Shown: piece after piece, positions 25,771 to 37,844 of the stretch | Layout of the letters: each line of letters begins with the position of its first letter | How positions within the stretch are numbered: the stretch's first letter is position 1 | Source: Trichodelitschia bisporula | Taxonomy: Eukaryota | Direction: 5' to 3' | DNA: 64,000 nt | NCBI GenBank assembly: GCA_010356995.1 | Contig: ML996694.1 | Coordinates: 681,224 to 745,223, forward strand | Made by a program: the position numbers and the translations under genes | Notes under the pieces: generated by a model | The model's database searches: none | Seen by the model: only the letters and a program-made list of their open reading frames with translations | Told to the model about the DNA's origin: nothing

Positions 25771-26821
25771 GACTTCGGTCTCTCATGCTGACCATTGCAT
25801 GCAGTAACTGAAGCCGAAGGTATTGTAGAGGGAGAAGAGTGGAGAAGGTGATGGAGAAGTAGTGAGGATAGTTTCGGAGGTGGAGTGAAGGAGAAGTGGA
25901 AGAAGATGATGAAAAGAACTGAAGGATATACTAAGCAGGACACAATGGGGAATGACAAGGAGGAGCAATGACAGGGATAATGGATAACCTGAAGAAGAAC
26001 TTGGTGAGGGCAGGTGCTACCGGTTTACAATGCTTCGCGTACACAGTCCTATGGAGTCATCGACGCGTTGCGACGCGTTGAGGCGCGCGTGATTCAGCCT
26101 TGTGGCAGTCTTCTAATCATTATTGCAGCCGACTTCGAGTACCGTCGTACCTTCTCAATCTTCGGTTCAGCTGGGGCCACTTCCCTGTGCCGAAGGTTAG
26201 AGGCGGAAGTCGCCGCGAGCACCTGGCGTTGAGAGATCTTCATAAATCACCCAAGCCTTTTCGGTTCCTCATCTCTTCATACCTCTTAGTCATCCCAAGA
26301 ATGTTTGTGAGCACCACACGCTTGGCAACTCATACTCCTATTTATGGACCTTGCGCTACCCGGTTGTCCTTTCCATGTTGTCCGTGAAGTCGAGTTCATC
26401 TGGGGAGGGTCGGCGATACGTACTTCCGGACCGCACTGAAGGACGAGATCAGGGCACCCATCAGATATGTCGCGTCATCATGAGGAGCCCGGGGAGATGC
26501 AGCTTCGTCTTTGCAATATTATTTCCTCGTTCCTATCAGGATATGGAAAGCACGAAGAGAAGCCGGCAGCTCTAACAGGGAGATGTTGAGCTGCTGCAAA
26601 AGCCGAGCCCATGGATCGAAAGGGAAAGAATGGCGTGAAGAGGAAGGAAGTTCGTCTCGAAGACTAGATTGACTATGTCCAAAAAGTGGTAAGCTCCTGG
26701 TATCTGCCCCAACGCCCGAAGTCTACCCAAAGAAATTTAATATGGAAAGCAGAGCCGGCAATAATCCAGCCTTGATTTTGACGCAGAATCCTTCGCGCAA
26801 CAAACTTGCCAATATCTCGTA

Positions 26822-27675
26822 TTACAATGTAACCATCATCATTCCCGCAACTACGCAAACGCCCACCCAGGCCAGTGGGCCTACTAAACCTAGGCCGCTC
26901 AAATCCCGCAGCGCCGAAGCAGCAGATTTGCTAGTCGCTGTCGCCTTGGTAGCCGACGTCGACGCGCCCGCCTCGCCAGTCGGCGTAATGATATCTGTCC
27001 CGTCAGCCTTGCGCCTCTCACATTAGGCACACACTCACTATCCGCCGAGCTCGAGCTCGAACTCGCACTAGTCTTACTCGGCGTCACCGTCGTCATCACA
27101 CTAATCACTGTGTGGGAGCTCGTAGTCGTAGGCGTAACCGTGGTCTTCGTCCGAGATGCAGTGCCGTTCCCCGTACTAGAACCAGTACCTCCGGTCAACT
27201 TCGCCGCGCCGGCTGTGACACCCACTTCGCCCCACAGCCAGTCACTCCCAGTGGCCGTCCACTCCGTCTCTGTGGCGTGCGCCGCGGCCAAGGCCTCCGT
27301 GACATCCGGCCCCTGCGTGATCCCTGGCGCGATGAACGCGCTGTTGCTGCACACTGCGCTCGTTGTCCCGCCCAGGGAGCAGGAGACCGCGTTCGCGAAT
27401 CCGGCGTACGAGCCTGTCGTTACGGTGGCTGTGTAGGCGAACACCTCGCTGCCAACCGTGACGGTCACGCCTTGCAAGACGGAGCAGGCGGAAGCGGCGG
27501 AAGCGGCGGTGGGGAACGGAAGGCAATTGACGGTATATGTTGTGCCGGCTGGGTTGACGGTGACGACGGAGGCCGAGACGGAGACGCCTTCGTAGTCGAT
27601 CAGGTTTGGCATTTTCACTTTTGCGGAGAGCGCGGAAGACGCCAGAGCCCCGAGGACGGCGGCGGAGCGGCGCAT
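26822..27675 (-). CDS. Secreted Ser/Thr-rich, probably GPI-anchored cell-wall protein
   Basis: Signal peptide MRRSAAVLGALASSALSA, Cys-containing domain, T/S-rich stalk; intron ~26995-27038 gives a hydrophobic tail ..SKSAASALRDLSGLGLVGPLAWVGVCVVAGMMMVTL*. Confidence 0.82.
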
Positions 27676-28437
27676 TTTGGTGGTGGGAGAGGGGGCTTAT
27701 TGTGAGATGTGGGGGGATTAGGCGTGTCGCGGAGAGAATGGGCGGAGGCGCGGGTGTTTGAGGTGTGGGCAAGGCAGCGCGGTGCCCAATATAGTGGTGC
27801 GCTGCGCTGGGGAGAAAGCGCTGGGCTTCATTTCGCTATATTGAGGGCACGGGCACCAAGCTTTGATTTGCGGGCCAATTTAGGGTTGTTGGGGCGAGGT
27901 CGAGGGACCTTTGGCCGGGATTTTGGGTTTCTGTGCCTGCATTTTGGAGGATCTTTTCGTTTTGAAGCCTGTCTTTGTCTGTCTTGTGATCGATGGAGTA
28001 ATGATGTGATGGGCGTGTGCCGTTGTCCAGGTTGACTACCCGGAGTTCAGCCTTGCCCAGCCTTGTGGCGCTTCATCGCTGCTCGCACCGTCCCTCCGCA
28101 ACTGAGGCTGCTGTATTAATGTTGCCGTACCTGTGGCTGTTTATCCCCGACTGTGGCTCTGTGCCAGCATTGTGCGTCATGCTTTCTCGCTCTTGTTCAG
28201 GGCACTATGCACCCGTGTCTAGCTAGATGATTCTAGACGCCTAACCTGGACTGTGCGCGATGCGGTTTGGAATTGGCCCGCTTCCCACGCGTTTCCACGT
28301 GAGCATGTTTATCCGCGGCCACGCGACGTATTGCCAGATCGCTTGTCTAAGCGCACACAGAACAGAACAGATTTTAGTATCAAACACCGCCTTTACGTAC
28401 AACCGCATTACCCCATCCACCTTCAACCGCACCGCAC

Positions 28438-29986
28438 CTACAACCCGGCCGCAAGCACATCCTTCTTCATCGCCTTACACCCCACCTTATCATCCAACTC
28501 AGGCCCGACAAGCTGATCATCATACTCCCCAAACACCAACACCGGCCCCTCGCCCGCCGTAACCTTCGGCCACCCCGCCGGTTGCCCCGTGTACGCCAAA
28601 TCCGCCCACCGGCCCTGCATCGCGCCGCTGACCCGCGCCAACTCACTCTCATTATACGTCCTAAACACCGCCCCGATCTCAAAGCTATGCCACGCGCCGG
28701 CGTGCGGGAAGGGCGCGCTCTTCGCCTTTACGTCGAACACGTACCGATACACGTCGTACCCGGACTTCGCAGCGTGGTCCGCGAGCTCGGCGGCGGGGCA
28801 TTGGAAGGTTAGGGCTGTGACTGCGGCGGCGGTAGCGGGGAAAGAGGTAGCGGCGAAGTCCAGTCCGCCGAAGATGCCGGCGAAGGCGGAGCCGTCGTCC
28901 GCATTTGACCCGATGATCAGCGGCACTTTCGCCGCTTTGCCGCTCGTGAAGCGCGCGGCAACGTCAGCCGTGCGCGTAATTTCGTCGGCCACGGGATCGA
29001 ACCCGAGATTTGCGCGCTCGATGGTGTCCTTGATCGCCTCGGCGGGTACGGCGCGGAGACACGTCAGCGGCGAAGGGGCGAAGGTGCAGTTCGTGGCTTT
29101 CAGCAAGGTCGTATAGCTCGTTTCCCCGCCGGTCACGCCCATGGCGTTGGATTCGAGGATGGCGGCGCGGAAGGGGAGCGGGTTGGGCGGGAGCGCAACG
29201 AGTTGCTTAACCGACCAAGCGCCCGCGCTCTCGCCAAAGATGGTGACTTGGGCTGGGTTGCCGGAGAAGGAGGCGATGTTGGCCTGCACCCACTTCAGTG
29301 CGAGGCGTTGGTCAAGGAAGCCCGGGTTTGCCTCGCCGTTGGGGAGTTCGGGGGAGTTGGGGAAGCCGAAGACTGCTTACGTTAGGAGGGGTGTGGAAGG
29401 AGTGGTTTCTGGGGGGGACGTACCATTGGTGCGGTAGTTAATATTCACGAGCACGACATCGCGCTGCAGCGCAAACTTCTCCCCGTTATACACCGGTAGA
29501 CTCGCGGCGCCGGCCTGCAGATTCCCGCCGTAGATCCACACCATGACCGGGAAGCCGCCTTTAGGCGCGGGGCCGGACGGGCTCCACACGTTTAGGTACA
29601 GGCAGTCTTCGCTCTCGGGCTGGATGGGCATGTTGAAGACTTCGATGGTGAAGTTGCGGACTTTTTCCGGATCTGTGCGAGTCAGTATCTGGAGTTAGAG
29701 CAAGGAGGAGGGGAGGGCCGTGAGACGCACAATTGAACTGCGTGATGCAGCTCGGCTTGTAGTTTGTTGCATCCAGCGCCTCGGTCCACGCATTCGGCTC
29801 CTTGGGGGCGCCGAACCGCAGAGGCGGCGATTCGGCGAAGGGAATACCGAGGAATTCATTGACGCCGCTGTCCAGCGTCTTTCCCGTCACGGGACCCTGC
29901 GCCGTCTTCGCAGTCGGAGCGGTAGCGAGCGGCGCGGCGGCGGCGACGGCGGCCAGCGCCGCGGTGAGGAGGGCGCGCGGCGACAT
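28438..29986 (-). CDS. Secreted type-B carboxylesterase/lipase, 3 exons
   Basis: Signal peptide, FLGIPFA, SEDCLYLNVW, WIYGG, NYR, nucleophile elbow GESAG, catalytic His in GAWHSFEI. Confidence 0.92.
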
Positions 29987-30396
29987 TCCTCTAACTTTTA
30001 CTTCGAAAACGAGGGACTGGTAGGATTTCCTACGTAGAGCAAGCGAATGTGGGAAGCAAACGAGGGAAGTGTGTTCCTGGGCCTGGCCGCCCTGGGCGAT
30101 TGAGCTACATACATACTTACCCGCCGTTCCTGACGGTTGCCCGCGAGTCCACGGCGCCGGGACCTGAGCGTTCGCTCGCAGCCGAGGAAGAGGGTGTGGG
30201 ATAGATGGGGCGCGGGCCCGGGGGCGGGCAGGGCGGTATGAAGTGATATGGGGACGGGTCGGCGGGTGCAATATCGCGGCATGGCGCGGCGGGAGGTGGA
30301 AGGCGAACGGCAGGCCGGCACCACAGTGGTGACAGATGTGTGCAGTTTCGCCCCGCGAATGCCATAACTTACGTGCTTGTAGTATCCATGGGCGCC

Positions 30397-32212
30397 CTAC
30401 GTGCGGCTCGGGGCATGCATACCCAAGTCTTTGAGTATGATATCCGCCATCTGCAGAACCTTCTCCTCCTCGAGTCGCCGGCCTACGAGCTGCAGATTAA
30501 CCGGCATGTCGTGCACGGCCTCCTCGTTGTCTGCAGCTGGTTAGCCCTACGCCCTCACCCCCAAGTAGGTAACGTACATGAACCGCTTATTTCAGCGCAG
30601 ACGTCGCTGAGTGGTGCATGGGCCTCTGCCGCTGCGCGGTCCAGCTCGCGGTGCGCCGTTACCCCACTAGGGAAGGAGAGTGCCGTGTAGTCAAGCACGT
30701 TGAAGACGCCGGTGTAGCCGACGTATTTGAAGTCCTGGTGCGCGACGGAGGCGTAGGGCGTTGTGGGGCCTAGGGAAGTCAGCCTTATCAGTGACTTCCA
30801 GGTAAACCGGAAGGGAAGGTATACACAAAATGCCATCCAGCCCCGCGACGCCATTCCACCGATCCAAATACGCCTTACACAGCTCCGTGCGCTCAGCTTG
30901 CAGCTTCCACAGCTCGGCGACGCCCATTTCGCTCGCAGCCTTGTAGTACGCCATCTCCGGGCGCCACGGCTCGCCCACCGGATCCAGAATCGACTTCACC
31001 GTCTTCCCGCCATCCGCGACGAAAAACCTCCCCAAAATCTCCGCAATCCGCTCATGTCCCTCCGCGCGCCACTCCACGACCTCATGCCCAGCGGCTTGTA
31101 ACTGTTCCACCGTCTCGCGCAGTGCGCGCCGCACCGGTGGCGTCGGCATTACCACGCCATCGTGCCACATCACGGCTAGCTTCAGCTTCCGGCCCAGACT
31201 AACCTCGCGCCAGGGAATCGGCAGGCAACGCGGATCCGCCAGCCACGGCCTTGCCTCAACGACGGTCTTACTAAACAGAACCAAGTCCTCGAGACTCCGC
31301 GCCATCGGGCCGTTAACGCTCTGCACAGCTTCTTGTCCCGCGAGTCCGGACTTCGCGCCCAGGGTGGGGAAACGGCCGAACGAGGGGCGGAGGGTGAATA
31401 TCCCAGTACAGGCAGCGGGGATGCGTAGCGAGCCACCTGTCCCGTTAGCTCCGCATAAGAGAGCAGGAAAAAGGGCGCACCGATATCCGTCCCGACCCCG
31501 AGCGCACTGCCGCCAAACGCAATCAGTGCGCTCTCGCCTCCCGAACTGCCCCCGCTCGTCAAGGCCCTGTTCAGCGGATTCAGCGTCCGGCCGAAGACGT
31601 TATTTACCGTCTCGGCGATCATCATTGCTGTCGGGACGTTGGTCTTGACGTAGAACACTGCGCCTGCGTTGCGGAGGAGCTGCACCAGCGTGGAGTCGTA
31701 GGTCGCGGGCTGGTTGACCCAGGACACGAAGCCGACTGTGCTGTCCACGCCCATAATGTTGAAGTTGTCCTTCAGGCTAATTGGCAGCCCGTGGAGCGGC
31801 CCTTTCGGGCGCCCAGTCGTGCGTAAGTGCTCGTCCAGGGCCGCGGCCGTGGACCGCGCGGTGTCGAACAATGTCTCGGAGAGGCAATTCGTCTGCCGAT
31901 TACATCAGTCACGTCCGTAGCCTGAGGAAGACGTACGAGCTGATGCGCAACGGCGGCGCGCTTGCAGTATGCCTCTGCAACCTCCACCGCGGACCATGCG
32001 CCGCTGGCCAGCTTCTCGAGCAGCGACGCCGCACCCAGGCTCGTGAGCTCCAGCTCGCGCGAGGTGAAGAAGCGGGATTCAGCGGGGAAGCGGGTGACAT
32101 TGAGCTGCGAGTCGGGCGGCTTGATGGCGTCCGGGAGGAACCAGTCAGGTGGGATGGAGGCGAGGAGCAGGTTGCGCTTGAGAGCGGCGATGTCTTCCCA
32201 CTTTTCGGGCAT
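30397..32212 (-). CDS. Amidase-signature enzyme (acetamidase/FAAH-like), 5 exons
   Basis: GPLHGLPISLKD, GGSSGGE, GTDIG|GSLRIP, C-terminal MPVNLQLVGRRLEEEKVL. Confidence 0.93.
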
Positions 32213-32630
32213 TGTGGATGGGTGGAAAGAGGCGAGAGGGAAAAGGGAGAGGGTGAGGCATTGTGAGGCCGAGGAAGATAGCGATATGTATGTCGGGTGT
32301 TGGCGTGATCGGTACCCCGCGCATGTAGACGCGGGGTGCGATGCGGGGTGAGTTCGCCCGATGATGCACGCCGATTCCCGATGCGCCACCCGCACTTGGC
32401 GGGGATTGGATTGCCGGATGGGGAAGGTCGTGATAACGGGATAACTCACAGGAGATTAATAGAAGCATACACTTGACAATTGCAAAGCCTACGGTGTAAA
32501 TCGAAAGGTTGATAAAAGACGAAGAGAAGAGAGAGTCTCTTGACTCTTGAGACTAAAATACCTGATGATGCCCAGTTTCCTATGCTCCTTCCCTCCATCA
32601 TGCGCACATTACATTATGTCCCTTCCTCCG

Positions 32631-32710
32631 ATAAGTATGCTCCCTCCTGGCATAAGAATGCTCTTCCCTGGCTTAAGAACGCTCTTTTCTGGCACAACAA
32701 TCCTGCTTCA
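32631..32710. repeat. Degenerate 21-bp minisatellite x3-4
   Basis: ATAAGTATGCTCCCTCCTGGC / ATAAGAATGCTCTTCCCTGGC / TTAAGAACGCTCTTTTCTGGC / ACAACAATCC.. Confidence 0.75.
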
Positions 32711-32891
32711 TGTCTACATCAGAGATGAGGGAGATAGACAACAGTTGTAACACGGCCTCATATTTCGAAGAGAAAAAGACCATGGGAAGTATAGCGATAC
32801 CCATCTACCACCTTACTCCAGTCGTAAATCCTAACACCCGCACAAAGGATGGACATCGTCAACGCCTTAAACACCATTCAGTCCTCACCCC

Positions 32892-33322
32892 TCACGCCAT
32901 GCTCTCCAACATCGCCCCCTCCTTCACCGACTCCGTAATTCCTTCCGCCGCCATCCTCTCTGGCGTCTTCTCCTGCACATAACGCACCTGCCCCTTCATC
33001 AGCCTCAAAAAGCCCCCAAGCACTAAACCTCCAAACTCACATTCGGATCCCCCCTCAGCCTTCCCACCTCCTCCTCCCCCAGCCCAAGAACCGTATAAAC
33101 CTTCAACTGCCCAAAATTCCACACCTTCATCACCTCCGCGCCCACACATACCCCGCCACCAAGCCGCTCAATCGGATTCGCGCTAGGCCACGCATTGTCC
33201 TCGACGAAGGCGACGATGTGTTCCGGAGCGTGGGTACCGGCTACGCGGTGGAGAGCCCGGCGGTGGGGAGCGAGACGTGTGTGCCAGAAGAGGGAGCGGG
33301 AGAGAGAGGGGGTGCGATACAT
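32892..33322 (-). CDS. Small (~125 aa) peptidase inhibitor I9 / subtilisin-propeptide-like protein, 2 exons
   Basis: Intron 32988-33040 gives EHIVAFVED..VMKVWNFGQLKVYTV..EEVGRLRGDPN|VRYVQE, matching the I9 pattern; Arg-rich N-terminus. Confidence 0.6.
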
Positions 33323-34097
33323 TGTTGTGTGAGGTAAGGCTGAGAGTATTTGAAGATGGAGTTTGAATGATTCGACGAGAAATTCACCGAGACTGTCCCG
33401 GAGGGAATGGGAGGAGCGATTTAAATGCTCAATTAGCATGAGGCCGGATTGCGCGGAGGGCTAATACCTCGCCTTGCCGCCGATTGCCGGATGTCGCGGA
33501 CGGGCGGACGGAGACGCGTGAGCAGAGTCCGCAACTCGGGCCGGAGCGCGGGATAGGAGAGTTCGGGCGGAAGGAGGTAAAATTACCGCGCCTGAGCCGG
33601 AAGACGAGATCGAACCTTCACATTCAAAACATATCTCATCTTCATATAATGTTGAATGCATCTTTCAGCCTTCCAGAGCTTCCCCACATCCCCACTCATC
33701 GTGACCTCACCCTTGTCAGATGCTCCATTTCTCCGCAACCTATGCTCCACCATGACACTCGCTCCGATCCCTCCCCACCTATTCATTAATGCCAGAGGTC
33801 TTCAACAGAGCATCACAGCCTCACAGTGCACAAGCCACAAATATTCACAAAGTCCTCATTCCATCTCAAACCCCCAAGCCACGCCGCCCACCCATCCCAT
33901 AGCCACATGCATATATTAAAACGCACAAACGCACCCATTGGATGCCGCAGAAGAGTCAAAAGCATGCCACACAGAGTTTTCAGAGTAAGGTTCATCGCAT
34001 ACAGGCCCAGCACCCATAAAGCCCCAGCCCCCCTCTCACAACGCCGCCATGCCGAAAAGCCCACAACCGACCCGGACCCGCGCGTCAAAGAGCAATG

Positions 34098-36905
34098 TTA
34101 ATGAGGGCGTGAGAGACCCTGCTTGGCCTACGAGATGTCAGCACTTGTCTCACTCCGTAAAACCGCAAGACCAACCTTCATCATCTCAATCCTCGCCTTA
34201 AGATTCTGCGTAACCTCCGCCGCACGTTTCCAACTCTCCGCACCCCCAGCCTGCCCCGCGCCCGCCCCAGCACTCGGCAAACTCCGCTCCTCAGCTGGCG
34301 TCGCGAAGCGACTATTCCTTGGACTGCTGGCGGCGTACGAACTTGGCGCACCGCTCCCCCCATACCCGAACCCGGCCGACGAACCCCCTGTCAAAGGCGG
34401 CGATCTCAGCTTCTGCCTAAGGGCCACAGGGTGGTCCATGTTCTCCTTACCTTCTACCGAGGCCGTGGGGCTGGTGACGAAGGAGCGGCTGCTGCGGTAG
34501 CCCGCCATGCCGTTGTGGCCCGCTGCGGCGGCCGCCTGCGCCGTCCGCTCGTCTTGGTAGATCTGCTCGGAGAGATCCATAGGTGGGGGACTGTTGGCGC
34601 GCACTTGCCGGCTGAGTTCGCGCTTGAGCCGGTCGACCTCGCGCTGCTGATGCGATACCATTTGCTGTGCTTCCTCAGCGTCGGACCGCGCACGCACCAG
34701 TTGCGTCTCCTTCGCTTTGATGGATAGCACGTCGCGTGTGTGGTCCTCGATCAGCTGCGCGTTCTGGTTCGTCAGCTCGTGGATTTGGCTGCTGAGCCGC
34801 GACTTCTCCACTCGCAGACCCTCGTTCTCCCGCCGGATACGCTCGATCTCGAGGCGCAACTCCTCCAGCTCGGCACGTTCCGCTGTGCTCAAGCCAGACA
34901 ACCCGGAGGCCGTGTATTGCACCGCGTCGGGATCGGCGCGCATGGGCGTCGCAGCTGGCTTACCAAGCGGGCGGCCGGCGAGACCGCGCCCGGGCCCAAG
35001 TCCCAGCTTGGGCTGTGGCGGTGGTGGTGCATCTTCGACTGGCGATGCGACCCTGCGAGCTGGTGACGGTGCCGCAGAGGAGGTCCCGAGGGGCCGCTTG
35101 AGCGCAGGAGGGCGCGCGCCGCCGGGGCCAGTAAGTCCAGATTTGGCACCTGCGAGCTTGGACACGCCGGGGCGGGTGCTAGGCCGCACAGCCAGGGGTG
35201 TGGGAGGTTCCTCGACAGGCGGCGGCGGGGCAGCGGCTGGGGGAGCCTTTTTAACACCTGCGGCAGGTTTCTTGCCGACCATGCCCATGCGCTTGGTGTT
35301 CGCTGCGGGGGCAGGCTTCGGTGGTGGGGCCACCTTGGGCTTGAACTTCGCTTTGACTTCGGCGGCCTCGTAGAACTCCTTAATCTTCGTTTTGCGGATT
35401 TCGTCCAGACCCTCCAGATGGGCGAGCATGGGACGGTCGCCCATGATCTTCCACAATGTGCCTAGTACCTCGGCACCGGCGGACCGCTGGGTTTCTTGCG
35501 AGTCGGTGAGCAGCTTTATGGAAGCCTCCGCGATGGACTTGACTTGGGGCGGCTCCGGCACATCGCGTGTAGTCTTGAGAGCGCGGATCAGGAAACGCGT
35601 CGACTCGAGCTTCACCTGAGGATTCTTATGCTTGAGGAACTCGAGAACCTCCTCGAGACAGTCGGTGAGGTTGGTAGTGGCAAATACAGCATCCAAAGCC
35701 GCGCCAATCGCGTCAGTCACGGTCTGCTTCTTCTCCTTCAAGCGCTCCATCATTGGCGACATTACAGTACCGCGGTACCGCGCAAAGCCTCTACGCAGAC
35801 CCTTGGCGAGCAGTTCGATACTGTTGGCGGCGGCTGTTACAACTGCAATGTTGGCGTCCTTCATGCACTTGGCGAGAGCGCGCAGGATGTCGTCGAACTG
35901 TCCCTCTTCAATCCTCGGGTGGTTGATGGCCACCAGAAGATCGTCAAGAGCCTCTTTGCGGTCCTTCCACTTGGTCGAGCTTATCCGTTCCTGGAAGTCC
36001 TTCGGGATCTTGGGGAACACATTGACAATCTCAAACTCAGGCTCCAGGTCGATCTCCGCCTCCTCTTCCTCCTCTTCTTCGACTTCGCCTTCTACCTCAG
36101 CTGGTGCTGCGGCTTTGGCCGCCTGCTGTGACCTAAGCAGCCGCTCCTGCTTCGGGGCTGCCTCATCCCGGACTTTCTCGAAGAGCTTCTCCAGGTCCGT
36201 CTGCTGCACGGGCTTCAAGTCGTTCCAAAAGAGCGGCTTCATGGCCTCCTTAATCCAGCGGTAGAACTCCACTGTGAGATTGGTTGCCTCGGCACGCACG
36301 TTCTTGTCCGCATGGCCGAACATTTTGGGGAGGAGTTTGATCGTGGGCTTGGGCTCCACGACCTTGACGCCGTATGCATGGTAAATCGCCGTGAGCGCCG
36401 CAAGGGTAGCGGCGATGATTTTGGGCTGCTTGTGAGAGAGAAGAGGCAGCAGCTCCTCGACGATTGGGTCTGCCTTGTCCAGCTCAATATATAGCAGCAG
36501 AGCCTCAAGCGCCTTTTGCTTCGCTGCCGGACGAGTAGCAGCAAGGCCCTTCTCGACTATGGAGGTGATGGTGAGGTTGCGCGTCCTGTGTCAGTGCCAT
36601 TAGCGTGAAGCCATGGTATGCGCGCAAGCTACTTACCGCGTGCAGCCCTGGATACCTGCGATTTGCAAGAAGGAACACAACGCGCCGAGCGCCTCTTGTT
36701 GCGCCGCAACGTTGGAGTCTGCTACGGCGGCCTTCCATAGTCCCGGATCTTGTAGGAATGTGCGTACCGTGGGGTCGCTCTCGCTGGCAGCTATGTCAAA
36801 GGCCTTAGTAGCGGTCTCGTAGGCCTCTTTCCGAACCTTCCAGTTCTTGTGAGCAAAGCGGTCGGGCAGCGGCAGCGAAGAGAAGTCTTCCTCCTGTTCG
36901 GCCAT
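34098..36905 (-). CDS. STU2: XMAP215/Dis1-family microtubule polymerase (two TOG domains + coiled coil)
   Basis: MAEQEEDFSSLPLPDRFAHKNWKVRKE (TOG1), SSTKWKDRKEAL (TOG2), basic linker, coiled coil, tail ESWKRAAEVTQNLKARIEMMK|AKQG. Confidence 0.93.
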
Positions 36906-37251
36906 CGTGTCGGATATCCGGCGTCGAAGAGAGTCGTGTGGACCTGCAAGTAAGGATCTTAGCCGCCGCATTCCCTCAATAGTGACGCAGCACGGTGAAA
37001 GACATGCTAGTCACAACGCGCAAAGGCGAAGATGAAGGATATGCTGTAGGAGAGGGTGAGGACTAACAACCTCGGGCGCTTCCAAGCCTATTTGGGCGTG
37101 TTTGACTCTACACAAGATATGACAATGGGTGTTGTTGACAGTCGGACCACACTGCTTCCCGAGACAGGATGGAAGCGTAAAGAAAGTTAGACAAGACGAT
37201 GCGTAGGTATGAAGGAGAAAGGAAGAAGAAGTGGTGCGCAGAGGTATGAGG

Positions 37252-37272
37252 TTGTTGTTGTTGTTGTTGTTG
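37252..37272. repeat. (TTG)n microsatellite
   Basis: About 7 TTG units in the STU2 5' region. Confidence 0.85.
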
Positions 37273-37844
37273 TGGGTAGAGCTTGTTTAGAAGCGTAGGA
37301 CGGTGGGACGTTTGGAGATGCTGTTGTGCGTTATTTGCAGATGGCGTTGCGATTATTTGTTTTTTCCCTTCCCGCAGTCGACGGAATCGGAGGGAGAAGT
37401 CGTTGCCCGTGCAGCGGAGAGAAACGTCACTCTTCTCAACCTCCACCACAAGCTTCTTTTTCGACAATACCGAGCGTGGAACAGACGTTTCACTTCTGTC
37501 TATCTTACTGCATTCAAGACAGGTATGTATACAACTCTTTCTTCGTCTTTATATGTCACTGGTATATCTCCACGCTCCTCAACTACAGCATCTAACGCCT
37601 TCCGCGCCCCTCTTGCAGCTATCACGCACCCCTGCATCTTCCGTCTCTCCCCACACTCTCCACCATCGCCGCCAGCGAGAATCCCAACGGCCTATCAACT
37701 CGCCGACTACATTTTCCGTCTTCCGACCCTACAAGCACCTACCCACCCGCCGCGCGCAAGATACGGAGTGTGCCTGCAATTCATCGGCGACAGATTCCTT
37801 GCAAATAGTCTGGGTAGTGGGGTTCCCGGAGGTAGAGCTCCGCC

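Noticed and set aside
26822..33322. Secondary-metabolite or catabolic cluster (GPI protein, esterase, amidase, I9)
   Set aside because: Co-oriented, but no backbone synthase, transporter or transcription factor links them.
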